From a cyanobacterium endosymbiont of Braarudosphaera bigelowii (GTDB taxonomy: Bacteria > Cyanobacteriota > Cyanobacteriia > Cyanobacteriales > Microcystaceae), in contig NZ_AP024987.1 in assembly GCF_020885515.1 (NCBI RefSeq), positions 90,001 to 122,000 of the forward strand: a DNA stretch of 32,000 nucleotides. The letters run 5' to 3'. This document shows, one piece after another, positions 22,736 through 30,870 of this stretch (position 1 is its first letter; each line of letters opens with the position of its first letter). A program made the position numbers and the translations under genes. The notes beneath the pieces were generated by a model. The model worked only from the letters and a program-made list of their open reading frames with translations. It was not told where the DNA came from and did no database searches.

Positions 22736-22977
22736 AATTATTATTTTCTTTTAAGAATTGGGTATTTAATTATAGTTAAGAAATCTTATATATAGCAAAA
22801 AGACAAAAAACTTCATCACTATTTATTAACCTTATAACTATACTGTATATAATCTATATTATCTAAAGTCATATTTTGAGAACTATAACAAAAGATAACT
22901 TTAAAAGTATAAATTCTATATCATGGTAGAGTCATTATTTCTTATTTGAGATATTCATAATACGAAAACATAATAAT

Positions 22978-24567
22978 GTGATAAATATGTTAATAAGTAA
23001 AAAAAAAATACTGTTTGTTATTTTTTCTCTTATACTTCCACTAGGAAATATCTTTTTTTCAAAAGCTTTTGCAAAAGATCTCAACCTTAATATTGGTATA
23101 GTACAAAGATTTGGGGAAAGAAAGGAAGATAAACTTTTTATCACTACTGGAAATCAGAATAAACTGACTATTAAATTTCAAAATTCTCAGGGTCATTTTC
23201 AGACTTTAATTACAAATGAAATTAGTCTCAACATTTTAGATAGACCACTATCTAAGTCTCTCTTAAAAGAATATATCGTTCTTAGTGATCATACTAACTT
23301 CGAAACTGCTGAAGATAATTCTAAAAAATGGCAGGAAAGAGGTATTCAAACCGAAATTATGCAACCAGGACAATGGCAGGTTTGGGCGAAAAGAGAGGTT
23401 TATGAAACACCCTTGTTAAGACGTTGGTTGTTAAATGCTCTTAAAACAAAAGGTTACACTAGACCATACATGGAGTCTACTATCTTAGCGAATAAGTCTC
23501 AAGCAACATTCGCTGTCAATGGAGAGCAGTATTACAGTGATTATATTGAAATTATTCCAGACAATCACCCTATTTATCTGATTAATTTGGAACAAAAAAA
23601 AAGAGCTTATTCTGGTAATTTAAAACTACAGCCTAATGCATATGGCACTTATACTCTGGTTAATTATGTTCCACTAGAATCATACTTAAGAGGTGTTGTT
23701 CCTCATGAAATTGGACATAATGCTCCAATCAACGCAATAAAAGCTCAAACGATTATTGCTCGTACATATGCCCTGCGCAATTTGAGGAGGTTTAAGGCGG
23801 ATGATTATGAGCTTTGTGCTGATACACATTGTCAAGTGTATTATGGGCTTAGTGGGATTAATTTGAAGATTAATAAAGCAATTAATGATACTAAAGGCTT
23901 AGTATTAACCTATCAGAATAAATTAGTAGATGCTCTTTATTCTTCAACTACGGGAGGAGTTACAGCTAACTTTACTGATATTTGGAATGGAGAAGAAAGA
24001 CCTTATTTGAAAACAATTGTTGACTCTCCTCAACACAATATATGGAATTTTTCTTCAAGATCTCTAAAACAAGAAAAAGATTTTCGTAACTTTATTAAGT
24101 TAACAAAAGGTTTTAATGAGACTGGAAGAAGTGCTTTTCGTTGGAAATATAAAGTTACTAAAGTTGAATTAGCTAGAAATCTACAAAAATTTTTGGTAAT
24201 ACAAAAGCACCCTTTGTCAAATTTCAAAATTATTAATTCAATAAAAATAACTGAGCGTTCAGCATCTGGAAGAATTTTAAAAGCTATTGTGGATACAGAT
24301 ATTGGAATTATTGAACTAAAAAAGAATCAAGTTCGTAGTGCATTTGGCCCTTCTAAAAGTACCCTTTTCTATCTCGATCCTGTGTATAATAAGCAAAATA
24401 AAATTACGGGTTATAGTTTTATTGGTGGTGGATTTGGACATGGGGTAGGGCTTAGCCAGTATGGATCTTACAACTTAGCTAATTTGGGATGGAGCGAAAA
24501 TCAAATTCTTCATTTTTATTATCCTGGTACTAAGGTTATATCTTTAGATGACTCAATCATTTTTTAA
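22978..24567 (+). CDS. SpoIID/LytB domain-containing secreted protein
   Basis: YVPLESYLRGVVPHEIGHNAPINAIKAQTIIARTYAL ... TYQNKLVDALYSSTTGGVTANFTDIWNG ... SFIGGGFGHGVGLSQYGSYNLA; N-terminal signal-like hydrophobic stretch; GTG start, with an ATG three codons downstream. Confidence 0.9.
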   Translation: MINMLISKKKILFVIFSLILPLGNIFFSKAFAKDLNLNIGIVQRFGERKEDKLFITTGNQNKLTIKFQNSQGHFQTLITNEISLNILDRPLSKSLLKEYIVLSDHTNFETAEDNSKKWQERGIQTEIMQPGQWQVWAKREVYETPLLRRWLLNALKTKGYTRPYMESTILANKSQATFAVNGEQYYSDYIEIIPDNHPIYLINLEQKKRAYSGNLKLQPNAYGTYTLVNYVPLESYLRGVVPHEIGHNAPINAIKAQTIIARTYALRNLRRFKADDYELCADTHCQVYYGLSGINLKINKAINDTKGLVLTYQNKLVDALYSSTTGGVTANFTDIWNGEERPYLKTIVDSPQHNIWNFSSRSLKQEKDFRNFIKLTKGFNETGRSAFRWKYKVTKVELARNLQKFLVIQKHPLSNFKIINSIKITERSASGRILKAIVDTDIGIIELKKNQVRSAFGPSKSTLFYLDPVYNKQNKITGYSFIGGGFGHGVGLSQYGSYNLANLGWSENQILHFYYPGTKVISLDDSIIF

Positions 24568-24860
24568 AATTATATTTAGCTGTATCTGTAATAATCGTAC
24601 TTAATTAAATTTTTACAAAAATAATCGCTTTGAAATATATTTAACATTGGGAAGATCAAGCAAATCATATTACGTATTTTCATGAGATTGTTTCAAATTT
24701 AAGTTCTCTACGAATTGAGTATGAATTAATCAAATTAAGAAACATTTCTTTATTCATTATGTGCAAGAAAATTAATTACTTTTTATTATTTCTTCATTTA
24801 CTTTAGTAATTTTACAATTTCTTAGTTCCTCTATTCTAGCTGCTTCCTAACAAGGAAATA

Positions 24861-25055
24861 GAATGCGAAATATTAATAGTTGGTGGAGGAATTGCTAGTA
24901 CTGTTGCTGTTTATGAGAGTCTATTAGCTGGAAGGACTGTCTGTTTAACAGAACTTAAAGATTGAATTGGAGGACAAATTTCTTCTTAAGGAACTTCTAC
25001 ACTAGATGAAAGACCTACTCAACGATCACAATTTTTTATCCTTGAGGATAATTGA
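24861..25055 (+). pseudogene. Remnant of a FAD-dependent oxidoreductase (N-terminal Rossmann segment only)
   Basis: Manual translation from 24861: ECEILIVGGGIASTVAVYESLLAGRTVCLTELKD*IGGQISS*GTSTLDERPTQRSQFFILEDN*. It has a GxGxxA/G-type dinucleotide-binding motif, in-frame stops at 24963-24965 and 24987-24989, and no remaining downstream coding sequence. It may extend upstream of 24861. Confidence 0.85.
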
Positions 25056-25062
25056 ATAAAAT

Positions 25063-26460
25063 TTATTGAGAAATAAATACTCCAATCCCATTATGGACTT
25101 TTGCCGCAGTAGGTGGAAAACGATCAACTAAATAACCTCCTAAGACTAAACTAGTAGAACCTCCCCCATCTAAATTCAAGGCACTAATAGATCCTAACTT
25201 TTGCATAATTTGTGCCATTTCATTTAAATTAACCCCTTTACTGTTTGTACTATTATGAACTGTTACTAATATGATTTTTTCTTTACTAGTTATACCTATG
25301 GCACTTCGAGATGCTTTTTGTTTCTGAAAACTTTTAGTAAATTTTTCGTCTTGTGTATTTAAAGAAATAAAGCCATTATTTATCAATAAAGGTCCTGCGC
25401 CTAAGATATGAGAAAGTTTATTAAATTTTTTAGGAACGGTATCACTTCTTATTTTCAACTTATTTCCTATAGAAAATAAATTAGATTTAAAAATCTTTTT
25501 ACGAATTACTAATAAGTACCCGTTATCAGGAATATTGTAGGACTGTTTTATGTTCTTTGATTTTTGTTTTCCTATTACTTTATCATTTTGAACAGAAACA
25601 ATAATTTCGTTGTTGCTGAAACTCATATAGTCTTTCCCCCACTCAGAAGTATAGCGAGATATTCCAGCTTGAATATATCCACTATTCAAGCATTGAATAG
25701 TAATCTGTTTACCATTACTCATAATTAGAGTTTCTTCTAGGCTTAAGTTATCAATAAAAAATTGTCCATTTTCGTTCCAGCCAACAGCCCCACGTTCTAA
25801 AATAGGACTTGACAACCAATTATTATTTTGACGGATAGCTCCTAAAGGAAGCTTATTATTTCTATTAAAAAAACCTCCATTAATTGCAGCTATAACTTGC
25901 CATTCTTTTGCAATTTTTTCTAAGGAAGAAGTTCCAACTTGACCATTAAAATTACTAGTAATTGGCTTTAAAATAACTTTTAATGATTTATTGTTAATTT
26001 CTAAAAGATTTACAGGGAAAATACTATAACCTTTCTTATTTTGAACTGTTATAAACTGTTGTCGCCAAATAACACCTGGAACCCAGATAATCTCTTTAGG
26101 AAGAATTGTTTTAGTAAGAGTGTAGACACTGTCATGCTTGATTTTAGAAAAAGTGAAGTTATTAAAAATATTAGTGTGCAATAGGTTAATTTTAAATTCT
26201 GATAATTCTTTATTCTCATTGGATAAGAGTAAAGAATTATGGAATGAATAATTAATATTATGTATTCTCTTATTGGTAATGTCTTCAAAACTAGAAAATG
26301 AAAAAAAATTATTATAGGAAGATATGTTTTTAGCGTTTCCTACTCTATGAACTAAAGTATTAAGAGGTAACTCTAGTAATAGAAGAATAGATATAAGTTT
26401 AAGAAGATACCACATAAATTTAGTCACTTTTGAATCCTCATTAAATATATTACAGAACAT
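25063..26460 (-). CDS. Phosphodiester glycosidase (NAGPA)-domain family protein
   Basis: AAINGGFFNRNNKLPLGAIRQNNNW, LSHILGAGPLLINNG, RSAIGITSKEKIILVTVHN, and the C-terminal LGSISALNLDGGGSTSLVLGG motif of the family. Confidence 0.82.
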   Translation of the reverse strand: MFCNIFNEDSKVTKFMWYLLKLISILLLLELPLNTLVHRVGNAKNISSYNNFFSFSSFEDITNKRIHNINYSFHNSLLLSNENKELSEFKINLLHTNIFNNFTFSKIKHDSVYTLTKTILPKEIIWVPGVIWRQQFITVQNKKGYSIFPVNLLEINNKSLKVILKPITSNFNGQVGTSSLEKIAKEWQVIAAINGGFFNRNNKLPLGAIRQNNNWLSSPILERGAVGWNENGQFFIDNLSLEETLIMSNGKQITIQCLNSGYIQAGISRYTSEWGKDYMSFSNNEIIVSVQNDKVIGKQKSKNIKQSYNIPDNGYLLVIRKKIFKSNLFSIGNKLKIRSDTVPKKFNKLSHILGAGPLLINNGFISLNTQDEKFTKSFQKQKASRSAIGITSKEKIILVTVHNSTNSKGVNLNEMAQIMQKLGSISALNLDGGGSTSLVLGGYLVDRFPPTAAKVHNGIGVFISQ

Positions 26461-26584
26461 AGATTCTACTCTAGAAAAGTCTTGGACAACTTTAAAATAT
26501 ATGATCAGTTTAGTTTGTATCTTCTCTACATTTCTATTAAGAGTTAGAATATTACTGATTATAATTATCTAAGTTAACTAGTTA

Positions 26585-26654
26585 TTTATATTAATAATTG
26601 AAAAGCAACAAGAAATTATTGTATTTCTTGTTGCTTTTCAATTATTAATATAAA
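26585..26654. repeat. Long perfect inverted repeat / hairpin
   Basis: TTTATATTAATAATTGAAAAGCAACAAGAAAT (26585-26616), loop TATTGT (26617-26622), then the exact reverse complement ATTTCTTGTTGCTTTTCAATTATTAATATAAA (26623-26654). The stem is 32 bp and perfect. Confidence 0.95.
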
Positions 26655-26683
26655 GTTTAAAAAAAATTACTACCTTTCAACAA

Positions 26684-26860
26684 CTATAAATTTTCAGGAA
26701 AAACTTGTTCAAAATTTGTAATAAGTTCATCTAATTCTTCAAGAGCTTGTTTCACATCAATTCTCAGAATGCCTAGATCTGGTTTTTCTAACAGTCCTAC
26801 TAAAAATTCTCGTTTGTCTTTGATCAATTTTACTTGTTCCTGAATTGTTTCTTTAGTCAT
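26684..26860 (-). CDS. Small conserved-looking hypothetical protein, 58 aa
   Basis: Manual translation of the minus strand: MTKETIQEQVKLIKDKREFLVGLLEKPDLGILRIDVKQALEELDELITNFEQVFPENL*. A balanced, amphipathic composition in a region where random ORFs are Asn/Ile/Lys-rich. Confidence 0.6.
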   Translation of the reverse strand: MTKETIQEQVKLIKDKREFLVGLLEKPDLGILRIDVKQALEELDELITNFEQVFPENL

Positions 26861-27232
26861 TTTTATTATCCAAAAACTTATTCTAACCTTAACATAAAAA
26901 AAATCTCTTTTAGACTTTTTTCAATCAACTTCTTTTACAAGTATTATTTCACTGAGTGCAATATTTAATATACGTCTTTACATAACAGTCTAATAAAAAA
27001 TATTGAACTATATATTTTTGCAAAAATTAAACATTTTATTAGTTTGTATATGAGTACATGACTAACTTTAAAGCTAGACGTTGCATGGTATCTTAATTGA
27101 AGAAATATTATTTAATAAGAATTAAAGCAGTACAGTGATATGAACTATGTATTTTAAAAAGAAACTATTTAAATTCATCTTGTAAAGTGATGAAGGAAAA
27201 GTAGCAATAAACCTTACGCTTTCTCTATGTTT

Positions 27233-27718
27233 TTATCCTTGTGTTATAGATATATTTTCAATGATTTTCTGAACTATCTCTATACCACTAATAACCTGCC
27301 AAGAAAATAAAATAACAACACAAAAATTTAAAATCATATGTGTATGACGAGCTAAATCATTTCCTTTTTGCATAAAAGGTACTAAAGATGTAGAAGTCGT
27401 AACTAGACCCGTTATGGTTAAGCCAACTAGTAAATGGGGACTAAAAAATAATTTATCATTATTAACATAGGTTATGGCCATACCACCAAGATTACCTAAG
27501 ACTATTATGTTCAGAAGTAGTGCTCCTAATTGATAATGTCTGTTATTATTTTTTTTTTCTATCAATTCTTTTCTAATTTGTTTATCAGAAGTACGAATAT
27601 ATCGTAGCTGAAGCCCTAAATACAAGACATAAAAGAGTAACAATAATGTAGCTAACATTATTATAGGATGACTGAATTGTGACCAAAACTTAATAAACTC
27701 TGATGTGTTAGTGACCAT
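27233..27718 (-). CDS. DUF4079-like integral membrane protein
   Basis: 161 aa with four apparent TM helices. The pattern (FSHPIIMLATLLLLFYVLYLGLQLRYIR, FSPHLLVGLTITGLVTTSTSLVPFMQKG, ARHTHMILNFCVVILFSWQVISG) matches the cyanobacterial DUF4079 family. Confidence 0.75.
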   Translation of the reverse strand: MVTNTSEFIKFWSQFSHPIIMLATLLLLFYVLYLGLQLRYIRTSDKQIRKELIEKKNNNRHYQLGALLLNIIVLGNLGGMAITYVNNDKLFFSPHLLVGLTITGLVTTSTSLVPFMQKGNDLARHTHMILNFCVVILFSWQVISGIEIVQKIIENISITQG

Positions 27719-27790
27719 AATATTAATTAGAATTATCTAACAAAAAATCCATATAAGTTAAACTAACATATAATTAAATAAGAAAAAAGC

Positions 27791-28045
27791 TTATTTTTCT
27801 AAACGTACTACATACCACTGTAGGTAAGTATCAGGGCCCATCTCTAGATCACAAAAATTCTCCATTAAATATTTAGCTTGAGATTCTAAAAATTTAATAT
27901 TTTGCAACTCTCGAGGTAAATCATCTTGACGATCAGACAAAATATTTTTAAGTTTTTCTAATAATTCTTCATAGGTTAAAAATTCTTGTTTATTTGGTTC
28001 AAGAACAATAAAACCATCTTGCTGATGCATAATTGAGTCTGACAT
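27791..28045 (-). CDS. Chlororespiratory reduction protein 7 (CRR7)-like protein
   Basis: 84 aa with the pattern MHQQDGFIVLE...EFLTYEELLEKLKNIL...LPRELQ...AKYLMENFCDLEMGPDTYLQWYVVRLEK, as recalled for the CRR7 family linked to NDH-1. Confidence 0.7.
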   Translation of the reverse strand: MSDSIMHQQDGFIVLEPNKQEFLTYEELLEKLKNILSDRQDDLPRELQNIKFLESQAKYLMENFCDLEMGPDTYLQWYVVRLEK

Positions 28046-28066
28046 GGTATTTAAAAAATAATTTGA

Positions 28067-28852
28067 TTAGAGATGTCTTTCAAATATAACAACTTGCTTA
28101 CCTACTACCGGACTTCTTGCAATAACTATATTGTCTAAATTTTTAATAATTAACTTTGAAAAATTTAGCTTTTGTACATGTACGAAAATTTCTCCAGCCC
28201 AACTATCTTGTTCTTTTACTGGTAAATCATACCATTCTGTATTGACAAATAATATTAAGCTATTTTTAGAGTAATCGATTTCAACCTTATTTATAAGCGT
28301 TTCATAATAACCAGCTATTAAATTGTCTATCTTATCCTGAATATTAACAATAAGATTTTCTTCTGGTGTTAATAACTCTGAAACGAATACTTCATTATTT
28401 TTTGGCTCAATAGTTTTAATTAAGTTTGGATGATTAATAGTTTCTACACGCGTAGATTCAATATTTTTATTCTTAATAAGTAAAAATACTACTACAGTAA
28501 ATAATATAATTACGATGGTTAGATATACAGTTATTTTTTTTATAGAAGTCAAAGAATTTTGGAAATTAGCTAGAGTATTAAATAAAGAATATTTATAAGT
28601 ATTATCTATAATCTGATTTTCTGTATTCTTACTATTAATAGAGCGGTTCATAATATGGAGTTTTAATTCTTGCTCTATAGTGTTATTAATTATTTTTATA
28701 TGATTAGCTAAAATATCCATTTTCTTTACATGCAGTGAAAAATTGATATTGTTGCAACTGATGTTATTTATATAATGATAAACTTCTGAAACTATTGATT
28801 CTAGCAGCTTTTCTTTAATAATGTTATCTTCCAATTTATTAGTAATATTCAT
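28067..28852 (-). CDS. Hypothetical protein with one TM segment
   Basis: 261-aa ORF. Soluble N-terminal half, TM helix VYLTIVIILFTVVVFLLI, then a C-terminal domain (PEENLIVNIQDKIDNLIAGYYETLINKVEIDYSKNSLILFVNTEWYDL). Confidence 0.6.
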   Translation of the reverse strand: MNITNKLEDNIIKEKLLESIVSEVYHYINNISCNNINFSLHVKKMDILANHIKIINNTIEQELKLHIMNRSINSKNTENQIIDNTYKYSLFNTLANFQNSLTSIKKITVYLTIVIILFTVVVFLLIKNKNIESTRVETINHPNLIKTIEPKNNEVFVSELLTPEENLIVNIQDKIDNLIAGYYETLINKVEIDYSKNSLILFVNTEWYDLPVKEQDSWAGEIFVHVQKLNFSKLIIKNLDNIVIARSPVVGKQVVIFERHL

Positions 28853-29115
28853 ATAATCTAAATTTATTAGAGAGTCTATTTAATTTAACATAACTCTATT
28901 TTTGCGTATTTTTAACCATTAAACTATAAAAAATTGTATAAAGAATGGTGCTTCTTAATAAAATATAGAGAATAAAACTAAAAATAAAATATTTTGAAAG
29001 CTAATTTATTAATCAGGCTTTATTTTGGACATAATAACGCATAAAAACTTATGTAAAGATCCTTCCTTAATAAACTATCACAATTTTAATTTAACCTTTT
29101 ATTTTGCATATAAAA

Positions 29116-29279
29116 TTGATTTGATTTAGAAGAAAATGTTAGTATTGTTCGAAGAACGAGAATAATAATCATTAGCTTAGTTTGTTATCAATATTGTATG
29201 ATTTCATTCAAGACTAATATTGGCTAACTACTAGCAAGATTTTATCTCTTAAACACCTAGGATTAAGGAAAGCACTTCA
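29116..29279 (+). promoter_or_regulatory. Candidate promoter and 5' leader of RRM gene A
   Basis: TTGATT (29116-29121), 18-nt spacer, TAGTAT (29140-29145), then a leader whose block from about 29179 to 29268 aligns with the leader of RRM gene B. This is inferred from paralogue alignment; the transcription start is unknown. Confidence 0.55.
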
Positions 29280-29519
29280 ATGACAATTTATATGCGACAA
29301 ATTCCTACTGGTATTACAGAGGCCGAAGTTACCGATGTTTTTAAAAAACACGGAGAAGTTAAACAAGTTCGTTTCCCTCTTGATCCAAAAACTGGAGAAA
29401 GAATAGGATATGGCCTAATAGATATGGGCGATAAAGAACAAGAAGAAGACACAATTGAAGAACTAAATGGAGAAGATTTAAAAGGAGTTAAACTTAGATT
29501 AAATAGAAATGTTGATTAA
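29280..29519 (+). CDS. Small RRM-type RNA-binding protein, divergent copy
   Basis: MTIYMRQIPTGITEAEVTDVFKKHGEVKQVRFPLDPKTGERIGYGLIDMGDKEQEEDTIEELNGEDLKGVKLRLNRNVD has an RRM layout and is clearly paralogous to the gene at 30251. Confidence 0.85.
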   Translation: MTIYMRQIPTGITEAEVTDVFKKHGEVKQVRFPLDPKTGERIGYGLIDMGDKEQEEDTIEELNGEDLKGVKLRLNRNVD

Positions 29520-30080
29520 ACAAAATAAACCCAACAATTATTATTTGTCTTAAATAATCAATGCATTAACTTCATTTAAACAATTTTGCTCTTAGGTTGT
29601 CATAAGAATTAACCCAACTAGGTTTTGGTACTAGCGAATATATCCACTAATTACCATTAAGCATTTCCATAGCTTCATACTTGGTTATCATCAATTGTTA
29701 TTGACAACCTTTTTTTATATAAATACAAATTACTTGATTAATATCTTTATAGGTACTAGTTAGTAGTAGAGAACAACCAAATTCTAGTATTTGTTAGGTA
29801 ATAAAAGTATTTTCAATATCTTCTACAGTTACATGATATGTGCTAATTAGTCTTATATATTTAATCATCTAAATAACTTGTATAGATATATGTAAATAAA
29901 TAGTAATAACTAATAAATCTTGAGTATTTTAGAATATAATAATCACCTTATTATCTTTACAATATAGAGTAGGTAGCCTGTAGCTATTATATATTTTAAA
30001 TAAAATATTTATTTCTGATATGAAAATATAACCTTATTTATGAATTGCTAAAATTTTGTTTATTAGTTAATTTTGGAAAA

Positions 30081-30250
30081 TTGCTCTTGCTCAAAATAAA
30101 GTGTTAAGATAATCCATGATAATCGAGGGTGAGGATCGGTAGTCAAGTTTGTTGTCAGTATCGGGTAGATGCTTGTCCGAAGTTAATATTGGCCAACTGC
30201 TCTCCGAAGTTTTGTCTCTCTACAATTCTAAGATTAAGGAGAACATCCCC
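30081..30250 (+). promoter_or_regulatory. Candidate promoter and 5' leader of RRM gene B
   Basis: TTGCTC (30081-30086), 18-nt spacer, TAAGAT (30105-30110), then a leader sharing AGTTTGTTRTCARTAT, TAATATTGGCYAACTRCT and GATTAAGGA with RRM gene A. Confidence 0.6.
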
Positions 30251-30496
30251 ATGTCAATTTATGTTGGCAATCTTTCCTTCAAGGCAACAGAAGCAGATGT
30301 TACTAATGTCTTTAAAGAATATGGTGAAGTTAAAAAAGTCTATCTTCCTTCTGATCGAGAGACTGGAAAAATGCGAGGTTTCGGTTTTGTAGATATGGAG
30401 ACAGAAAACCAAGAAGCTACTGCGATTGATGAGCTGAACGGAACAGAATGGATGGGGAGAATATTAAAAGTTAATAAAGCAAAACCCCGTGAATAG
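30251..30496 (+). CDS. Small RRM-type RNA-binding protein (cyanobacterial Rbp family)
   Basis: MSIYVGNLSFKATEADVTNVFKEYGEVKKVYLPSDRETGKMRGFGFVDMETENQEATAIDELNGTEWMGRILKVNKAKPRE, with canonical RNP2 (IYVGNL) and RNP1 (RGFGFVDM). The supplied ORF starting at 30149 adds 34 codons of leader; the ATG at 30251 follows AAGGAGA. Confidence 0.93.
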   Translation: MSIYVGNLSFKATEADVTNVFKEYGEVKKVYLPSDRETGKMRGFGFVDMETENQEATAIDELNGTEWMGRILKVNKAKPRE

Positions 30497-30614
30497 ACTT
30501 CTAGATATTAATTCAACAAAATCAATTAAAATTGTAGACTCTAACTGACTACCCTAGAAACTTTTTGTTTATTTCTATTGGAAAACTGTTTATTACTTAC
30601 ATAGAGGATATATT

Positions 30615-30782
30615 ATGGCTAAACGTCGAAACTTAAAAAAGGAAAAAGCTGAAAGAAATCAAGCATATGCTCGTCAATTCCGTCAGAAGACTTCTCGTTC
30701 TTTTTCTAGAGGAAGATCTTATTCTAACAATCGTAGTGATCAAGAAGATACAAATGATGATGATACTAGCACTAATAACTAA
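30615..30782 (+). CDS. Small basic conserved protein downstream of rbp, 55 aa
   Basis: Manual translation: MAKRRNLKKEKAERNQAYARQFRQKTSRSFSRGRSYSNNRSDQEDTNDDDTSTNN*. Basic N-terminus, acidic tail, and an AGAGG ribosome-binding-like site upstream. Confidence 0.75.
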   Translation: MAKRRNLKKEKAERNQAYARQFRQKTSRSFSRGRSYSNNRSDQEDTNDDDTSTNN

Positions 30783-30808
30783 AAATATTTGTTTTTGAGC
30801 AATATATG

Positions 30809-30837
30809 GAAAGTGGGAATTTTAAGATTCCCTTTTC
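30809..30837. terminator. Candidate bidirectional hairpin terminator
   Basis: GAAAGtGGGAAT-TTTAAG-ATTCCCTTTTC lies between the + strand small basic gene and the end of the - strand murJ. The stem has one bulge and one G:T pair. Confidence 0.6.
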
Positions 30838-30870
30838 TAATATCCAGTTTTTTAAAAAGTTCTATAATTG

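Noticed and set aside
29148-29160. TTCGAAGAA/GAACGAG sequence resembling a tRNA T-loop (GTTCGAA)
   Set aside because: No acceptor, D or anticodon stems could be built around it. It is part of the RRM gene A leader region.
30149-30250. In-frame N-terminal extension of the RRM protein (MLSVSGRCLSEVNIGQLLSEVLSLYNSKIKENIP)
   Set aside because: The extension lies in the leader shared with the paralogue, where it is not translatable in the same way. The ATG at 30251 has a good AAGGAGA site and gives a standard RRM N-terminus.
30129-30392. + strand 87-aa ORF overlapping the canonical rbp gene and its leader
   Set aside because: It runs in another frame over both the RRM coding sequence and the conserved leader; the RRM frame is clearly the real one.
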